From NCBI GenBank assembly GCA_001643675.2, contig LSRY02000036.1, positions 806,001 to 870,000 on the forward strand: a stretch of DNA of 64,000 nt, read 5' to 3'. Below, one piece after another: positions 1 to 12,230 of this stretch. The notes under the pieces are model-generated. The model made no database searches, was not told the origin of the DNA, and worked only from the letters and a program-made list of their open reading frames with translations. This stretch comes from Monocercomonoides exilis PA203 (lineage: Eukaryota > Protista > Preaxostyla). The translations under genes and the position numbers were made by a program. Every line of letters begins with the position of its first letter. The stretch's first letter is position 1.

Positions 1-1487
1 TCGCCATTCTTTGACACAGATCAAGCGGGAGTTTGTGGAATTATTTCCTCAAAGTGCAATGATATTCACAATAACTGATGCTATATGCTTGGAAGAGCAA
101 AATAGCAACATTGATTCAATGATCGAAAGACATTCATCTCAGACTTCTGCTTTGAAAAAAGATTAACCAATGTTGTCTTTCAAAAAGAGTTAATCTATTC
201 AAAAATGCAAGTACGATTTCATAGATTTCATCCTTTTCTCTGAATATATGAGAAAAATCTTCTGGTTTTTATCCAATTTGTTTGTTGCTATTAGACTTTG
301 TTAATTTCGTAATTTTTTTATTTGTTGAAGCAGTAAAAAGCTTCTTGAAGAAAATTTGTAAATATAATTCTGTATAACTTTTGTATTACTGCGTCATTTA
401 CGTAATGTTTTCATGGTTGCCGTTAGCACTTCAAAAGACGAAGCAACTTTCTTTTTTCATGAGAAAAAATTTTCTTCTCTTTCTGCTTGTGCTATCTCTG
501 ATGAGATACTCGAGCCTATGGACATTATATCAATATGAAAATCTCTGTTTTTCTTTGTTTATTCAGCTGCAGATGATGTAGGACAATTAATTGATTATTG
601 TCGGAATAAATTTTCAAAAATTCGTAATCAATGCTGATATCACACAATTATTGATATTCATTTTTTCCCTAATGACCATTGAAATTTCTTTCCTTTCGTT
701 CGAATGATTCTCAAATAAGTAAGAGGGTTCATTTTTTAGTCTCTTCCATATGTGCAAAGATCTCTTTCAGAGACAAACCCGACCAGAATAAAAAACGTTC
801 TGTTTTGTCATCAGACAATAATTCGACTTTAAATACCACATCTTGTATAAGAGATGCAATAAAAGCGCATAGTGGACAAGTTTGAAACATGTGATTTCAC
901 AAATCTTGATTCAAACGTTCAAAAACGTCTTTCATGAAAAGTTAATAATTGAACCTTTGCAAACCTTCAGATAATTTCCAAAACATATTGCACATTTAAA
1001 TCATATAATTGAAACATTGCCACATTAACTTGTATGTATTTAATCAGCGCATTAGCAAGAAAATCGATATTTATCATTTGTTGTTTTAAAAATTTCGTTA
1101 TGGAACGTCAAAAACATTTATAACTAATTTCATCATTTGCATTAAAGTACTTCATATTCTAGCTAGAAATTATTATCCATCTTTTATGACAAATAATTTT
1201 ATGAACAGATTTTTTTTTTTTTAATAAGAAAATTTATTTTCTCAAGAAATTGCATAGAGTCAAATTAATTCATTTCTAAAAAGTAAAGGTCAAATAAAGG
1301 CATAAGTGCTTCATCACTCTCCTAGAAAAGAAAATGATTTCTCCCTCTTTTCAAAAAATTTTATTAAACAAATGAATTGACACTTAAACCAAAACTTTTA
1401 ATAAAAAATTATAAAAAAATTAACAACAAGACATTACTGCAAACGAAAATGAATTTTTAAATTGCTTGCTGAAGATCTATTCCATTT

Positions 1488-3643
1488 TCACACTACGTCT
1501 ATGTGATGTAATTTCTTTTTTCTATGATGCTTTTTATGCTTTTGTGGAATTTCCCGAACATTTTTTTCGTGAACATCATGAGAAGCATTCTTCAACACAG
1601 TCTCTTCAGAATCCAGGTCATTGAATCGCCTTGCATCAGTCTTTGTCATCTGCTGGTACAAGAAGGAAACAATTCCGCAAAGTACACCCACAAACAATAG
1701 AAACCCTGAAATAACACACGAATAAACAAATGAATTAATAAGAATCGTTGATTATTTTTGAATAGAAATACTTCAGCCAAAAATTCATTTATTCACAAAA
1801 TGATGTCTCCATCAAATCATATTTGCCATTCATATGAACAATCATTTTTTATTATTTGTCTTTATTTTTTTTCTTATTAAATATTTCTTAACTTTTTCTA
1901 TGTGTGTGCTTTATATTTCTTTGGCATACCATTTATCCCCCCCAAAGTGAGTGTGTCTGTTGTAAGTCTTGTAACATATTGATTTCTGTCTATTTCTGAG
2001 AAGTCATTGACAACATCATACACATCCTTCAATTGAGTCAAATACTGACAATAAACAAAATATTCGCCATATAAAACACAAAAATAAAATTGATTAATTA
2101 AAAAGTGATAAAGTCACATAAAACTAATATGTTTGAACAAACATCATTATTTCCAATGAGGATGTTATTTTCCATATGCTGCATGCGAATCAGAATCAAC
2201 AGAGACACAATAAAAAGCCCAACAAGAGACAATGAAATGCATAAGAAGAAAAACAGTGAGGCGATGGATGAAGAGAAGAGTGACTGTGCACAAGGGCAGC
2301 AGCGCAGCAGACACGAAGAGCAAGACTGTTCTGAGTATTCATATTCCATTGAGAGTCGATCAGATGACTCAGAAAAAGGGATTGTTGTGGAGTGAGATGA
2401 GGAAGACGAAAAAGCAATTGAAAATAAAAGGATTGCGTAAAGAAGGAAAAGCAGTGAGAATATCAGCAAGGCAAGAAATGGCTTCACATGTGAATATAAT
2501 AAAAAAATAAATGATGATGATTACTAAACAAATAAACAGCTGTGCATACCCATTGCAATGGCTTAAATTTCTTTTAAATGTTTTTCCAAAATAAATTGGA
2601 GAAGAACAATTGTATAATCAAACACAAACATTGAAAATAAGTAACATAAAGAAATAAAAAATATTATTCACAAAAATTTGAAAATAAATAAAACGAAATA
2701 TTTCAAAAGTTTTTGAAAATATTAATTTGAAAAAAACTTTCTTTTCATACCAAACAAGAAAGTGAAGTAGCCGCAAATAAAAGTGTGATAATGGCATTGG
2801 TTATGACAACAACAGAAGAAAGTGATTGCGACAAATTGCGTATGACACCCTTTTTATTCATGATGCTGAAAATCACCAACATTATTCCTGATGATATCAC
2901 AAGAAGTAGATTCAATATCGGCACAGAAACTTTTCGAGACTCAGATTCACGTGCTAGCTGTTGCATAAAATGAACAACAAATAAAAGTCACTTCAATGCG
3001 AAATAGCAAAAAAATTGAAAAAAAAAGAACCTTATCTATGCAATCAAAATTATGTGAGTCGCAACTGTAACTGAGAAGAGATTCCAAACTTGTCAAACCA
3101 TCTGTCGTAGCAGCTCCTGTACAATCAGAAAAATATAAAAAAAACCTTAATCAACTTTGGATAAAATGATAAACAATACTTTGATAAAGAAATCCAATCG
3201 TGAAAAATAGGGAAATTCCACAAATCAAAGACAAGAAAAATTGCAAAATTGCCATTGAAAATGAAATTTTTGTGAATATTCTATTTGATTTTGTATTTTT
3301 ATGAGAACAATCTAATTTATTTAAAAAAAAATTAAGAAAGTTGAATTATTTATAAAACAATTCTTTAAAATAATTTGAACACAAACTTGATAGTATGCCA
3401 AATACTGGTGCAAAAAACGCAAAAGCTCCATTCTTATAAATAGTGTTATATGGAGATTTTCAAATAACATGAATGAAAAACATTCAAATATTTAAAGCAC
3501 ACAATTATGCATATCCAATTGAACTGAGAATAAGCAGAGTAAAAAAATCCGACAAATACAACAGAAAATGCAAGCAATAAAGATGCTCCACATATTATAT
3601 AATATAAAACTCGTAGGACAACAGAAGAAGGAGTTTCATCCAT
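1488..3643 (-). CDS. Multi-exon multipass membrane protein, function unknown
   Basis: Successive hydrophobic minus-strand segments (3446-3643 'LYYIICGASLLLAFSVVFVGFF', ~3181-3255 'MAILQFFLSLICGISLFFTIGF', 2745-2966, 2098-2487, 1488-1697) separated by AT-rich GT..AG gaps, ending in a basic/His tail. Exon joining is approximate and this could be two genes. Confidence 0.55.
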
Positions 3644-3744
3644 GGCATTGTCTCGGAATGGGTATTAAAGAAAATGTGAAGGTTAAGATCAAGAAAAAAA
3701 TTTTTGGATAATTTAAATTCGAGTTACATAAGATTGTTTTTGGA

Positions 3745-4302
3745 ATGATTCCATCAACATTTCATGGTCCACATCCAGGTCCAAAATTTGGCCGGATGGA
3801 ATCTGGCTCTTCGCATAAACCAGGCGCTCCAGATAAAGGAAACTCAAAAACAAGCAAACACACTGTTTTACTTCTTCAAACTTCAAAAGATTTCCAATCT
3901 CGGACTTACCTTCATTTTTCTAGTGTCGGAGAAGCTTTGGATGGTTTATATTTCACTAAGTTTTATGCTCTTAAAAATTATTATAAATGATCAATTTACC
4001 AAAAAATAGGCCTTGTATTGATGTATGAACAAGCACTCGCTCATACAGATCCATCATATACGCCAGCAGTACGTAAATTTACCGAAATATACGAATTTTT
4101 TGACTCTTTTGTTGATCTTGGAGTGTTAGTTTTTACTCCTGCAGTGAGTTTGAAAAATGTTGCTTTTAAGAAATTTCAAAACAATATTTATGTATTTTAT
4201 TTTTTAGACGGATATCGGCCATACACTAGGCAATGGTTAAAAGAAAAACTATTCGAGCATCTCAAACGAGAGCATTGCATTCATAAAGATGGAGAAACTT
4301 GA
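3745..4302 (+). CDS. ERH: Enhancer of rudimentary homolog (2 introns: 3944-4009, 4148-4207)
   Basis: Spliced product HTVLLLQ..SRTYLHFSSVGEALDGLVLMYEQAL...IYEFFDSFVDLGVLVF..YRPYTRQWLKEKLFEHLKR matches the ERH consensus (HTILLVQ..RTYADYESV.E.MEGVC.MYEE.L...LFDFID.L.DLS.LVY..Y.PY.KDWIKEKI). Carries an N-terminal extension. Confidence 0.9.
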
Positions 4303-4644
4303 ATCAATCAAAAAAATGAAAAGAAAAAAATCAATTGGAAAGATTCTTTCCTTGAAAGTCATTTCTCTCATTTCATTTCGAGCTTCCGTTTCGTTTAAGT
4401 TACTTTCACTTTTCATTTCAAAACATCTCTTTTTGCATTTCTACAAGAAGTTTATTTTATCGCTTGAAGTGAAAAAAAAAGGCAAATATTGATTTAATAA
4501 GTTAACATAATTAATTCGAAAAAACAATGAAATTACACAAGTAACAGATGCGAATTACCTACTTTTCAAACAAATACAATCTTCAAAAAGCAAAAAAGAA
4601 AAAGTCTTAAAGTTAATTCAATAACAACATCTCTATCTATCATT

Positions 4645-6757
4645 TCATTCGCAAAGGAAGAAGATTTTGTCGAAAACTCTTTCCATCCATGTGATGATGT
4701 ATCGATGCGAATGCTCGTCCTTCATGCGAACAACTCCTGTCTCCACCAACTGCAAAGGCTTAGGAGGAGGCGGAGGATGACGCTGTCTCCTCTCATTCAT
4801 TCCGTGCACGCCAGCTGCTCCACCGCCTCTTCCTCCTCCTCCTCCGACATGAACAGGTTGAACGTTACCTCTTCCTCTTGCAAACGCATTCCCCCTGCCA
4901 ACATGATGTACCATTCCTCTTCTTCCTCTTCTTCCCCTCGCTCGAAATCCTCCTCGTCTGCCTCTGCCTCCAAACCTTCCACGAACACCAGGTCTTTTTA
5001 TCTTTCCTTTGCCACGTATTTGCAACTGATAGTGGCCATACCGCGCCATTCCCTGCTCCAGCTCCTGTGTGAAGTTGTCTCTTTTTCTCAAAAGAACGCT
5101 GTGCAGCTTGCCAGATGTTGTAAGAGCATACAGGAAATTGGATGTTAAGCAAAGCTTCTTCAGCTGCTTCGTTGGGAAAGGAAGTTGGCGAACTATAATT
5201 GGCTCTGTCAGCCATTCGAATATCTCTGGCACTGTATGTTCACGAGGATCGAATTCGCATATCATAATACGCCCATTTTCTGTCAGCGCCAGCATTTTGC
5301 CGTCTGAAAACATTGCCTCCACCAGCTTTTCTCCGAAGAAGAACAAGTTTGGATCAACCGGAGTGAGGAACGAATTCCCTACGCCGCGTGTGAGGATCCA
5401 GGTCTCCATGAACATCACCCCTTCGGCCGATAAGAAGAACCGAGCGCCTTTGTTGTACTTGACAATGTGATGCTTCCCAAACAGCCCGAACTGCCCCGCC
5501 TCTTGCGGCACAAGCCCACTCAGAACCTCCACAAAACGCGGCTGACGGAACATGTTGGAGTTAGTCAGCTCGACCAGACCAGAAGAAGGAATACTGTTGT
5601 GGAACTTCCGCATCCAGTCGATATCGCCAAAGCAAAACACTGCATGATTCTCAAGAATGATGATCACACGCTCCCAATCCACACATATGTAAGCAACACG
5701 TGACGGCCCAAGAGACGATTGTGCAAGTCCGTCAGGTGATGAAAAATGAGGAATCTTAAAAAAAAAAAGATTAAAAGAAAAAATAATAATTATTTCATTT
5801 AATTTTAATCACACACAAAAAAACATATTCATTTACACACCATAACCCATTTCCTGTCTCTGTACTTTCGCTCTCCATTTGCTTCCCATCCATATACCAT
5901 CAGCTGCCCATTTATTGTTTTAGCACAGAAAAAGTTTCCATCTGAGCTAAGTGAAGAAAATCGATACTCGCGTGGAGGCGCAACAAGCCCACCAAACCAG
6001 GCCTCTCTCTTTCTCTGTTTTTTGTCAGAACGAAGATCACCACTTTCGACAAGAGTTTGCCCCATTTCTCCATTTGGAAGAATATAATATGCAGAAAAAG
6101 CCGGAATATTTGGCAAATTAAAATCTTTCAAATATTCTGTGTTACAAATATTTTTTCAAATCGTTTTTAAAAGCAAATGAAATAAATATGCAAATAAACA
6201 CAAACCAGAATGAAGACACATCGCCTGAACTCTTTCAGGAACTTCAATTCCCTTTACAATTGCAGTTTCAAGAGGATGCGATTCAATATGTCTTCTGTTT
6301 CGTTTCTTTGGGTTAATTCCAGTGCAATTTGCTTCGAAATCCATCAACCCTTGGCATACAAGTCGACGCCCACCAAAATCATCAAAACAAACTTTTAAGC
6401 AGTTCATGATAAATAAAATAAACTTGATAATAAAAAAAATTCATACGTGATTTTATTGCTCTTCCAAAATTTTCATTTTGAATCAATTGCTTTGTTCTTT
6501 TGTTAACTGCAATAAACTAGAATTTGAAAATAAAATCATTTTTCAGTTGAATTTCATGCACAAACGTTAATGAGATCATTCATTGAAGCCATTTCTTTTA
6601 CCAATTCTAACATGATGTGGTCAGGAAGATCTGAAAACGGATTTGGTGCAGAGCCGCTTGGGACTGAAGACGATGAAGCCGCTTCTTTTGAATCAGATGG
6701 AATTAACGAAGATGAAGGTCTTTCATTTTTATAACTTTCAGAATTTGGAGTTGCCAT
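4645..6757 (-). CDS. F-box protein with RCC1/BLIP-II-like beta-propeller repeats and an RGG-rich insert (multi-exon)
   Basis: Spliced N-terminus gives FSDLPDHIMLELVKEMASMNDLIN|FIAVNKRTKQLIQNENF (F-box). Repeats such as 'GNFFCAKTINGQLMVYGW', 'GKMLALTENGRIMIC' and 'NFLYALTTSGKLHSV' resemble RCC1 blades. RG/RGG tract near the C-terminus. Confidence 0.65.
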
Positions 6758-6977
6758 TTCAAAATAATTAAACCTTAATAAGCAATTTTTAACGAACAAT
6801 TTTTTATTGTGGGCAGTGGCAATTTCGTTGGTAATTTTTTTCAAAGAAAAATGTCAAATAATAAATATTAATAAATGTGTTCACGAATGCTTTTTGTTAA
6901 AACACTTTTGAATCAATTCTTTTTTTCATGACGATCATTTCCCTACATTGGAATCATATTTCAATTTTAACGACTTC

Positions 6978-9283
6978 ATGGCTTCACGGGAGGAATATGA
7001 TGAATCAGTCGTTGAAACTCCAAACACAAAAAGAACTGTAAATTCTAGGACGCCTGATGTTTGTTTTAAAATTATATATTTCTGAACTTTGAGGATTTTT
7101 AATAATTCTTACTTTTAATTTTTATGGCTTTAGAGTCCTCTTTCAAGATCAGGGAATGAAACCTCACGTTCAAATCAATTAAGCACATCTAGGGGAGAAG
7201 ACAAAAGACGTTCTTCTCAGTCAAGCCCAACACAAAAGTCAAAAAAGGTACTGCAATGTTTTCATTTTATCACGGCTTCAGTTTGAAAAATCATAGTTAC
7301 CATACGAGACTGGTTTTATTCCTAAACCAGGTACGGAAAATATTGTTCCCAGTTCTATTCCGCAACGTCCGGCAACTGTTGATGATTTGCCCCCAAATGA
7401 CTGGGAAGACTATCGCATTATTCATGCTTTTCGCACACCAAAATCTGTTTGAGCTTTTCTCATTTATTATGTTATTGACATGATATTAACTTTATTTAAT
7501 TCTACAATAGGATGCAAAACCTTCAATTTTATCTGAAACGATTGGAAGAAATCAAACTCTCAAATCATCGAGTCAAGAAAAACATCAGGATCAATCCGCC
7601 ACACAAACAAGGGACTATGAGCGTAATACTCCAACCTCTCCTCGACAAACTGAACGAACCAAAAAAAGTTCTCAGCACGGAACTGAAGTCGATCCTTTGT
7701 ATGAAACTCCGGAAGATATCGCTTCAGTGCTGTCAGAACTCAAAACAAAAGATCCCTTGATAACAACATCGCCTTATTTTGCTTCTCCAAGACAAATTGC
7801 ATTGCGAAGGCCTGTGACACGAACGGCGACGACAGGAGTGGGAAAACGGATAAAAACAAAACCACTTCCTCAAGGCACACTAATTGTGAAGCCATTTATT
7901 ACGAAATCTCAGAAAGAGAAAGAGAAAGAGAAGAAAAAGAGAGAAGAAGCAAAGCTTAATGGGGAAACGAGAGAAAGGGCGACATCCAGATCTCGATCGA
8001 GGTCTCGTTCGAGAGGAAGGGCAGAGACGAGCCGTGGCGGCGACACAACACGAAGAACAAGCTTCAATCACACAGCACAAAAGACCTCGTCTCCTCAGCA
8101 GAAGAGCCCTCGTGGTGGGAGGGCATCTGCCGAAGGGGCAAAAGGAATGAAAGGAGCAAAAGGAGCAAAAGGGGTAAAAGGGGTAAAAGGGGAGGGGGAA
8201 AGAGAAGAGATTCAGGAAAGTGAAAGAGATGGAGCTGAAAGGAAAGAAGGAGGAGAGGGAGATAATAAAAGTGAAGAAACACAACATTTGGATAATGTAG
8301 ATAACGAGCAAGGGCAGGAAGAAGGAGATTATGCAGAGGATGGAGGAGAAGAATACAGGGGAGAGGGAGAGGGAGAGGGAGGAGAAGGAGAAGGAGAAGG
8401 AGGAGAAGGAGAAGGAGAAGGAGGAGGAGAAGGAGAAGGAGAGGCGATGGGGGATGAAGAAGATTGGAGGATGACAATACGAGATGAAGTGTGGGCGAGT
8501 GCGTTTGAGAGGATTAAGGAGCGTATTGAAGGGCTGATGAGAGACGAGGAAGGGAAAAGCAAGCGGATGATGACAGCGCGAGAGAAAGAGGAAGAAGAGA
8601 AGCAGCAGAGGCAGAGGAAGATTGAGGAGAGGATGAGGATAGCGGAGGAATGGCAGGAGAAGCAGAGAGAAGAGAGGAGGAGGAGGAACGAAGAGAGAGC
8701 GAAGGCAGAGGAGGAAAAATATTGGCGGGAAGAAAATAAAAGAGAAAAGATGATGAACAAGAAGCACAGAACACCTGAATATGCGAAGTCGCACTGGAAG
8801 AATGGAAAGAAGAGTGCAAAAGAGACAAATGCAGATCAAAAGAAGAAGAAGCAGCACAGCCAGAAAGAAGAAGAAGAAGCAGGAGAAGGGGAAGGGTGGA
8901 ATAATCACAATGAGCAAGATGCATATGACGAAGGAAGGGAAGGAGATGAGGAAGGCACAAGCGATGCAGAAGAGAGAGACAGAGGAGAAGGAGCAAATGA
9001 AGCAGAAGAAGCAAACCAAGCAAACCAAGCTGAATCAGCAGAAAGCGAACAGCCAAGCAAGAAGGATGAGTCATGTGCTGAACAGGAACAGGCGATGAAT
9101 GAAAGAGAAGGTTCAACACAGCAAATTAATCAAAGTTCTTCAGAAGACGATGATGGCAGTTCAAAAAAGGATGATAAAATTACTCTTACCAATGAAGACA
9201 ATTCACAACACAATTCTTCACAGATACAAGACACGCAACAATTTGAAGAACGTAACTCGGCTGAACGCGGGAATGCGGGATGA
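6978..9283 (+). CDS. Multi-exon low-complexity charged/coiled-coil protein with Glu-Gly tract, function unknown
   Basis: ATG at 6978 (MASREEYDESVVETP...), short AT-rich introns, then a long terminal exon (ORF 7697-9283) with RS, GxK, EG and E/K/R coiled-coil segments. Confidence 0.6.
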
Positions 9284-9529
9284 TAAATATAAAAAAAACA
9301 TATCAATATTTCAAAACGAAAAAATATTTTTAATTTTTCTTGTATTCCTATATTTTTAAAGCCTGTTTTTGTTATTATTTATATGCATCGATGAAGAATC
9401 GGAAAAAACTTTAGAAAACATATAACCTTATGTTAGAATTGATATTTGTTAAGCAAATAGATTTAGAATCTCAAATGTTTGATTATCATAACCATTATAC
9501 AATTTTTCTTTTTTTATTCGAAAAGTTAA

Positions 9530-10902
9530 ATGAGTAAGACTGCTAGAGAACAGTCTCAAGCTCTTCACGATCTCAGAAATTATGCAGTGTTCTCTCAGCC
9601 AAAGTATCTTTCAGACACAGTTTAAAAAATATTGTTTTTTCACATCGACAATTGCTTCGTAACTTTTTTATTTTTTCAGCAACAACCTGGAGATCGAAAA
9701 CGTCCTCAAAGTGCTTACCCAAGTACACATGCAAAGCAAGTTTTGACCAGTCCAACAAAACATGGTACAACGCCTGATGTTTATTTTCAAAGAGAGTATA
9801 AACCGTTATGTGTTGTATGTCTATTAATTCCATCTTTCTTCCTTATTTACAAATTCATTTTGATGAATATTATTTGTGACAAAAATATTATTTATTTGCA
9901 TGTTGTTTTAGGGAGATGAATATATTGAAATGGACAAAATTGAAACAAGAAGAAGAATGGAGCAATCGAAAAAAAATATTTCTACTCGCCCATTTGTTCC
10001 TTCAAGTCCTCCTAAGAAAAGGTTTGCATTTGAACTTTGCATTTAACAGTTAACTTATGTTCTCAGCGCAACCCCAGGAGATAGATACGGGCAAATTGGA
10101 ACTCCACCCGAATATAAACCAGAAATAGATCCATCCACTTCAGTTCTTCCACGTAGGCCTATGTCTGCACGAAATATTATTACAAATCCAGCCAAAAAAG
10201 GAGGACCAGGATATTCGCATCTTACAATTGTTTGGACATTTTTATTGATAAAAATATGGAGTTAAAAAATGTATAAACATTCAACACTTCAACAAATAAA
10301 TAAACATATTTTAGGGAGAAGAATTTAAATACATTTCTGAAGCAGAAGTTCCACCGAAAAAGCCTCCTGTTGGAACAATACAGCCAACATACAAGGCACC
10401 AAAGCCATTTGTGCCAATGATACATAGACAGTCACTTTTTGATGACAAAGTGTATTCTGAGCCTCAAATTGATCCAGAAACATTGAGGCAGCGCGAAATA
10501 AAAGCGCGAGAATTTCAGCTCAGTGGCCGTTCACCAAATGCGGGGTTTTACACATCAAAGAAATATGTTTCTCCAAGCACAAATCGTAAAAGGCCCTCAT
10601 CCGCAGGCGGTTATGTTGCGCATCCTCGTCCATGGTCTGGATCTTGCCATACTCGAGGTACATTCTCAAAATTCCCAGAATATATAATGGACAGCGGACC
10701 GAAAAAGACCACTCCAAAGAAACCAATTCAACCTTTCATTCCTTCTGGCACTTCATCATACACAAAACCAACACCATCAGTATGCTTTTATTCTTTATTT
10801 TTCTTTCAGTAATTTTACAAATTATCTTCTTTTTGCATTATTCATTTTTCATCCACATTTGAATAGATTATTGGTGCACATAGATATACAGGATTTTCTT
10901 AA
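9530..10902 (+). CDS. CFAP96: Cilia/flagella-associated protein 96 (C4orf47/UPF0602 family), multi-exon
   Basis: Exons give 'KQVLTSPTKHG..DVYFQREYKPL', 'GDEYIEMDKIETRRRMEQSKKNISTRPFVPSSPPKK', 'GDRYGQIG', 'RNIITNPAKKGGPGYSHLTIG' and 'GTFSKFPEY', colinear with CFAP96 motifs (e.g. NLYTNPGKKGTGYGYANITIG, GTFDPYPSH). Confidence 0.8.
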
Positions 10903-11258
10903 GAATTTTATTTGCATTATATTTTTTTATTTTCAAACATTTTCAAAGTTTTTAACAAAAAAAAATTTTTTTTTCATTCAGTTATATAAGATCAATTTGG
11001 AAAATTTGTTTCCCATATCATTTTAACATAATTTTGTTGTGTTTTCACATGATAATTTCTTTATTTTTTATTCTTTTCCACGAGAAGTTGTGAATGCATT
11101 AATTTTTACAAATGTTACAAGAACAAACATCATTATTTTTTGAAAATATATGATTAAAGGTTGTAACCATACTTACATGGCATTTTGAGGTACTATAAAA
11201 CAAATTGATGGAATAAAAAATAAAAAGATAATTTTTGTTGATAAATATCTCAAGCTAA

Positions 11259-11948
11259 ATGATTGTCATATGTTTAGAAGGATGCCACGGTTTGCATTTT
11301 TATATTGAATTATTTAATAATATACGAAAACGGATTTTTTTAGGTGTTGGAAAAACAATGCTTATTTCTCAGTTTAAAAAGGCAGGTTTTCAAGTACTCG
11401 ATGAAGCTTTTATGGAGATGCCAGAATACGCATTACATCCTCAAACGTTGGTTATGGAAACTGTGTGGTTGTCAAACTGGTTTATGAGATTGTTAAAAAT
11501 GACCCAAACAGTAAAGGATCATGATTCAACGATATTTATTGCAGATAGATCGCCATACAGCGCTGAATTTTATGCTCCACACGGACATCTTCTTGGTCCA
11601 GTTATAAAAGAGCAAATTGAAGAGTTGAAAACAAAAAATATTTATATTTACACAGTTCTTATCAACGTTGACAAAGAGCTTCTTTGGAAAAGAATTCTTG
11701 AAAGATTGGAAAGAGAGCCTCACAGGGTTAAATATAATGAACACAGCAGAGAATGGATGGAGAAAACTTACAATTGGTACAAAACTCACGAGTGGGATTT
11801 TTGTATTGATAATGGGGAATGGGGAATTGATACTACTCAAATTGTTTTGATGAAAAAGCTTTCTTCATATGCAAGAGAACACGATTTTTCATGTTGGGAG
11901 CATCATGGACTGTTTCATTATTGCCCAGAGACATGCGTTTGTGGATGA
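11259..11948 (+). CDS. P-loop deoxynucleoside/thymidylate kinase-like protein (intron 11290-11343)
   Basis: After splicing: 'IVICLEGCHGVGKT' Walker A, 'IFIADRSPYS' DRS motif and 'LWKRILERLERE' lid, all typical of the dNK/TMPK fold. Confidence 0.8.
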   Translation: MIVICLEGCHGLHFYIELFNNIRKRIFLGVGKTMLISQFKKAGFQVLDEAFMEMPEYALHPQTLVMETVWLSNWFMRLLKMTQTVKDHDSTIFIADRSPYSAEFYAPHGHLLGPVIKEQIEELKTKNIYIYTVLINVDKELLWKRILERLEREPHRVKYNEHSREWMEKTYNWYKTHEWDFCIDNGEWGIDTTQIVLMKKLSSYAREHDFSCWEHHGLFHYCPETCVCG

Positions 11949-12230
11949 ATGTTGTATTTATCAAATGTTAAAATTATCTTTTATACACTTATTTGATGTT
12001 GAGTTGTTAATTTGATATTTTTGTTAAAATTTCCTTCTCATTGTGTTTATTCATCTCATTTAGATATGTTAGAGGTTTTTTTGAAAACCAATATTTTTTT
12101 TTTGAGTTGTGAAAATGAGCTTATTTTTCATTAGAAACAAATGAAAAAAAGTTTGAAGATAAAAGAAAAGAAAAGAAGTGAAAGTGAAAAAAAGTCACAG
12201 AAGTGATGTGAAATAAATAAAAACATATTT

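Noticed and set aside
1-1000. Short ORFs and a minus-strand coding-like stretch (QTCPLCAFIASLIQD...)
   Set aside because: Interrupted by stops with no recognisable family; possibly a pseudogene edge but unsupported.
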